In this document: positions 57,658-58,782 of the stretch, piece after piece
Numbering within the stretch: position 1 is the stretch's first letter
Layout: each line of letters begins with the position of its first letter
Origin: an uncultured Planctomycetaceae bacterium
Lineage (GTDB): Bacteria; Planctomycetota; Planctomycetia; Pirellulales; Thermoguttaceae
Direction of reading: 5' to 3'
Assembly (NCBI GenBank): GCA_964430315.1
Contig: CAYSGY010000002.1
Coordinates: forward strand, 1 to 58,782
DNA length: 58,782 nt
Made by a program: the position numbers and the translations under genes
Notes under the pieces: model-generated
Databases searched by the model: none
What the model saw: only the letters and a program-made list of their open reading frames with translations
Told to the model about the DNA's origin: nothing

Positions 57658-57731
57658 GGACCCCGCTCGAAGAGGAATCCCGCCAGGACGGGTCCGGGCT
57701 AAGTGGAAACGTCCGGGAACCCAGGCCGCAG

Positions 57732-57809
57732 GTCAGGCTTCCCAGCCTGACACTCGGGCCGCCTGGCTGGAAAGCCTGGTATTTGGGCTGTCAGGCTGAA
57801 AAGCCTGAC
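57732..57809. repeat. Three REP-like hairpins in the convergent spacer; candidate bidirectional terminators or RNA-stability elements
   Basis: Hairpin 1 (57732..57751): GTCAGGCT tccc AGCCTGAC. Hairpin 2 (57762..57779): CCTGGCT ggaa AGCCTGG, with one mismatch. Hairpin 3 (57790..57809): GTCAGGCT gaaa AGCCTGAC. Hairpins 1 and 3 have identical perfect 8-bp stems and lie 58 nt apart. The loops are GNRA-type on one strand or the other. No U-tracts follow. Confidence 0.6.
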
Positions 57810-57831
57810 CTACGTGTCGGGACGCTTCCCC

Positions 57832-58782
57832 CTAACGGTTGATCTCGATCCCGATGCCAAGTCCCTGGAGGAAGCAGAGGTCGCGATTCATGCCCCGCAG
57901 GATGCCCATGGCGTGCGTCTGGTGGAGCGTGTAGTCGACCATCCGCGAGGGACGAGCCAGTTCGCCGATGTACATGCCGTTCCAGCCGGCCTTGAATGAC
58001 ACCTTGTTGGTCAGCATGTACTTCGCCTCGATGCGAAGTTCGACGACCGGGCTGAAGACCGACATGTGGGCCACGTCGTTGACATCCATCGTCGTCAAGG
58101 CCAAGGGCATCATGATCGACCTTGGGAACGTGGCGGCACCGAGATTCAGGTCCGAGGCCACCACCCCATTGAGTTGCACCGACTGGGCATTCCATGCCGC
58201 CATGAATTTGCCCAACAACGACAGTTCCCAGCGGTCGTTCGTCTTGAACCAGCGCAGTCCGAGTTGAGGGCCGAACAGCCGGTTGGCGGCGTAGTTGGTG
58301 AAGATGGTGTCGGCCAGCATCGAGTTGACGTTCCTATTGTCCGGCGGATCGCCGTTGGCGCGGACGTCGTACTGCTCGTCGAATTCGAGGTACCGGACCC
58401 CGAAGAACCATTCCCACATTCCGCCGCGCTCTCCAGGATGCGTCCGTACCAGGTAATTGAACTCCGTGCCCCAGGCCCTCGACGCGATGTCCATGGTGGC
58501 GTTGTCAAAAGCGACGCCGCCGAAGACGGGATCGCCTCCGAAGCTCGTCTGGATCGACAGGTGAGGCAGGTTGTTCACGCCCCAGTTTTCATCATGGAAG
58601 TAGGACTCCACTCCGCGGTCGACCTGGCCCTGGCCTGACCAATGGAGTTGGAAGTAGCTGAACAGCCACCCCTGGTGCCCGTTGATATGCCCCAGCTCAA
58701 TCCGTTGGCCCGGAGTGAACTGGTTTGTCATGAAGCTCGTGTCCATCGTGGTGCCCTGGGTCGAGGTCTGATTGGGATCATC
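57832..58782 (-). CDS. Outer-membrane beta-barrel protein, BBP7-like; N-terminus probably beyond the right window edge
   Basis: The track lists ORF 57832..58746 (TAG stop at 57832..57834). The frame stays open upstream of the listed Met to the window end (DDPNQTSTQGTT-MDTSF...), so the true start is probably outside the window. It has amphipathic strand patterns (WELSLLGKFMAAWNAQSVQLNG, VELRIEAKYMLTNKVSFKAGWNGMYIG), is rich in W/Y/G/N, and has a GVRYLEFDE motif reminiscent of planctomycetal BBP7 barrels. Family recalled from memory. Confidence 0.55.
   Translation of the reverse strand, partial: DDPNQTSTQGTTMDTSFMTNQFTPGQRIELGHINGHQGWLFSYFQLHWSGQGQVDRGVESYFHDENWGVNNLPHLSIQTSFGGDPVFGGVAFDNATMDIASRAWGTEFNYLVRTHPGERGGMWEWFFGVRYLEFDEQYDVRANGDPPDNRNVNSMLADTIFTNYAANRLFGPQLGLRWFKTNDRWELSLLGKFMAAWNAQSVQLNGVVASDLNLGAATFPRSIMMPLALTTMDVNDVAHMSVFSPVVELRIEAKYMLTNKVSFKAGWNGMYIGELARPSRMVDYTLHQTHAMGILRGMNRDLCFLQGLGIGIEINR

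Noticed and set aside
2066-57657. Type IX secretion C-terminal domains, LPXTG, PEP-CTERM or other sorting tags, or transmembrane anchors on the giant proteins
   Set aside because: I saw no such C-terminal motif or long hydrophobic segment by eye in either protein. Absence by eye is weak evidence, so the anchoring mechanism is left unassigned rather than called.
1-58782. Mobile elements, prophage, integrase or transposase genes, tRNA or rRNA genes, and toxin-antitoxin or defence cassettes
   Set aside because: After the four genes are accounted for, only about 1.1 kb of non-coding DNA remains (1886..2065, 25799..26526, 57658..57831). None of it shows tRNA-like cloverleaf arms, terminal inverted repeats with target duplications, or coding capacity for such functions.

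Overview
This 58.8-kb, high-GC window (coding DNA is roughly two-thirds G+C by eye) is almost entirely two genes. Giant A is a 7,910-codon ORF on the minus strand (2066..25798). Giant B is a 10,376-codon ORF on the plus strand (26527..57657). They are transcribed divergently from a 728-bp spacer that is clearly more AT-rich, and together they cover about 93% of the window. The two are paralogs. Both begin MGIW and carry the same Arg/Lys-rich N-terminal leader ending in R-[LM]-E-x-x-E-x-R-x-L-L-[AS]. They are collinear through Ig-like, metzincin, PPC, parallel beta-helix and TolB-like propeller regions and an array of exactly nine GEVED modules each, and then they diverge. A continues with 12 x 282-bp cadherin-like/He_PIG tandem repeats and RTX repeats. 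B has three composite modules with a propeller nested inside a GEVED module, two NIDO-like domains, an SdrD-B-like domain, a Calx-beta domain split by a propeller, and degenerate C-terminal repeats. Each giant gene is preceded at nearly the same distance by a near-identical sigma70-like promoter (TTGACGGATTTGCGG..TATCAR), so the duplication is mirrored around the spacer. Downstream of giant A on the same strand lies a gingipain-like C25 cysteine peptidase gene (1..1885). It runs off the left edge, is absent from the supplied ORF track, and carries the same leader motif. Convergent with giant B is a BBP7-like outer-membrane beta-barrel gene (57832..58782, 5' end off the right edge), separated from B by three REP-like hairpins. 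I recognised no rRNA, tRNA, CRISPR, transposase or integrase. The leader motif, the BBP7-like barrel and the GEVED content suggest Planctomycetota, but this is an inference. All family names come from motif recognition by eye, not HMM searches, and domain boundaries are approximate (tens of nt). The other long ORFs in the track are antisense or off-frame shadows of these four genes.
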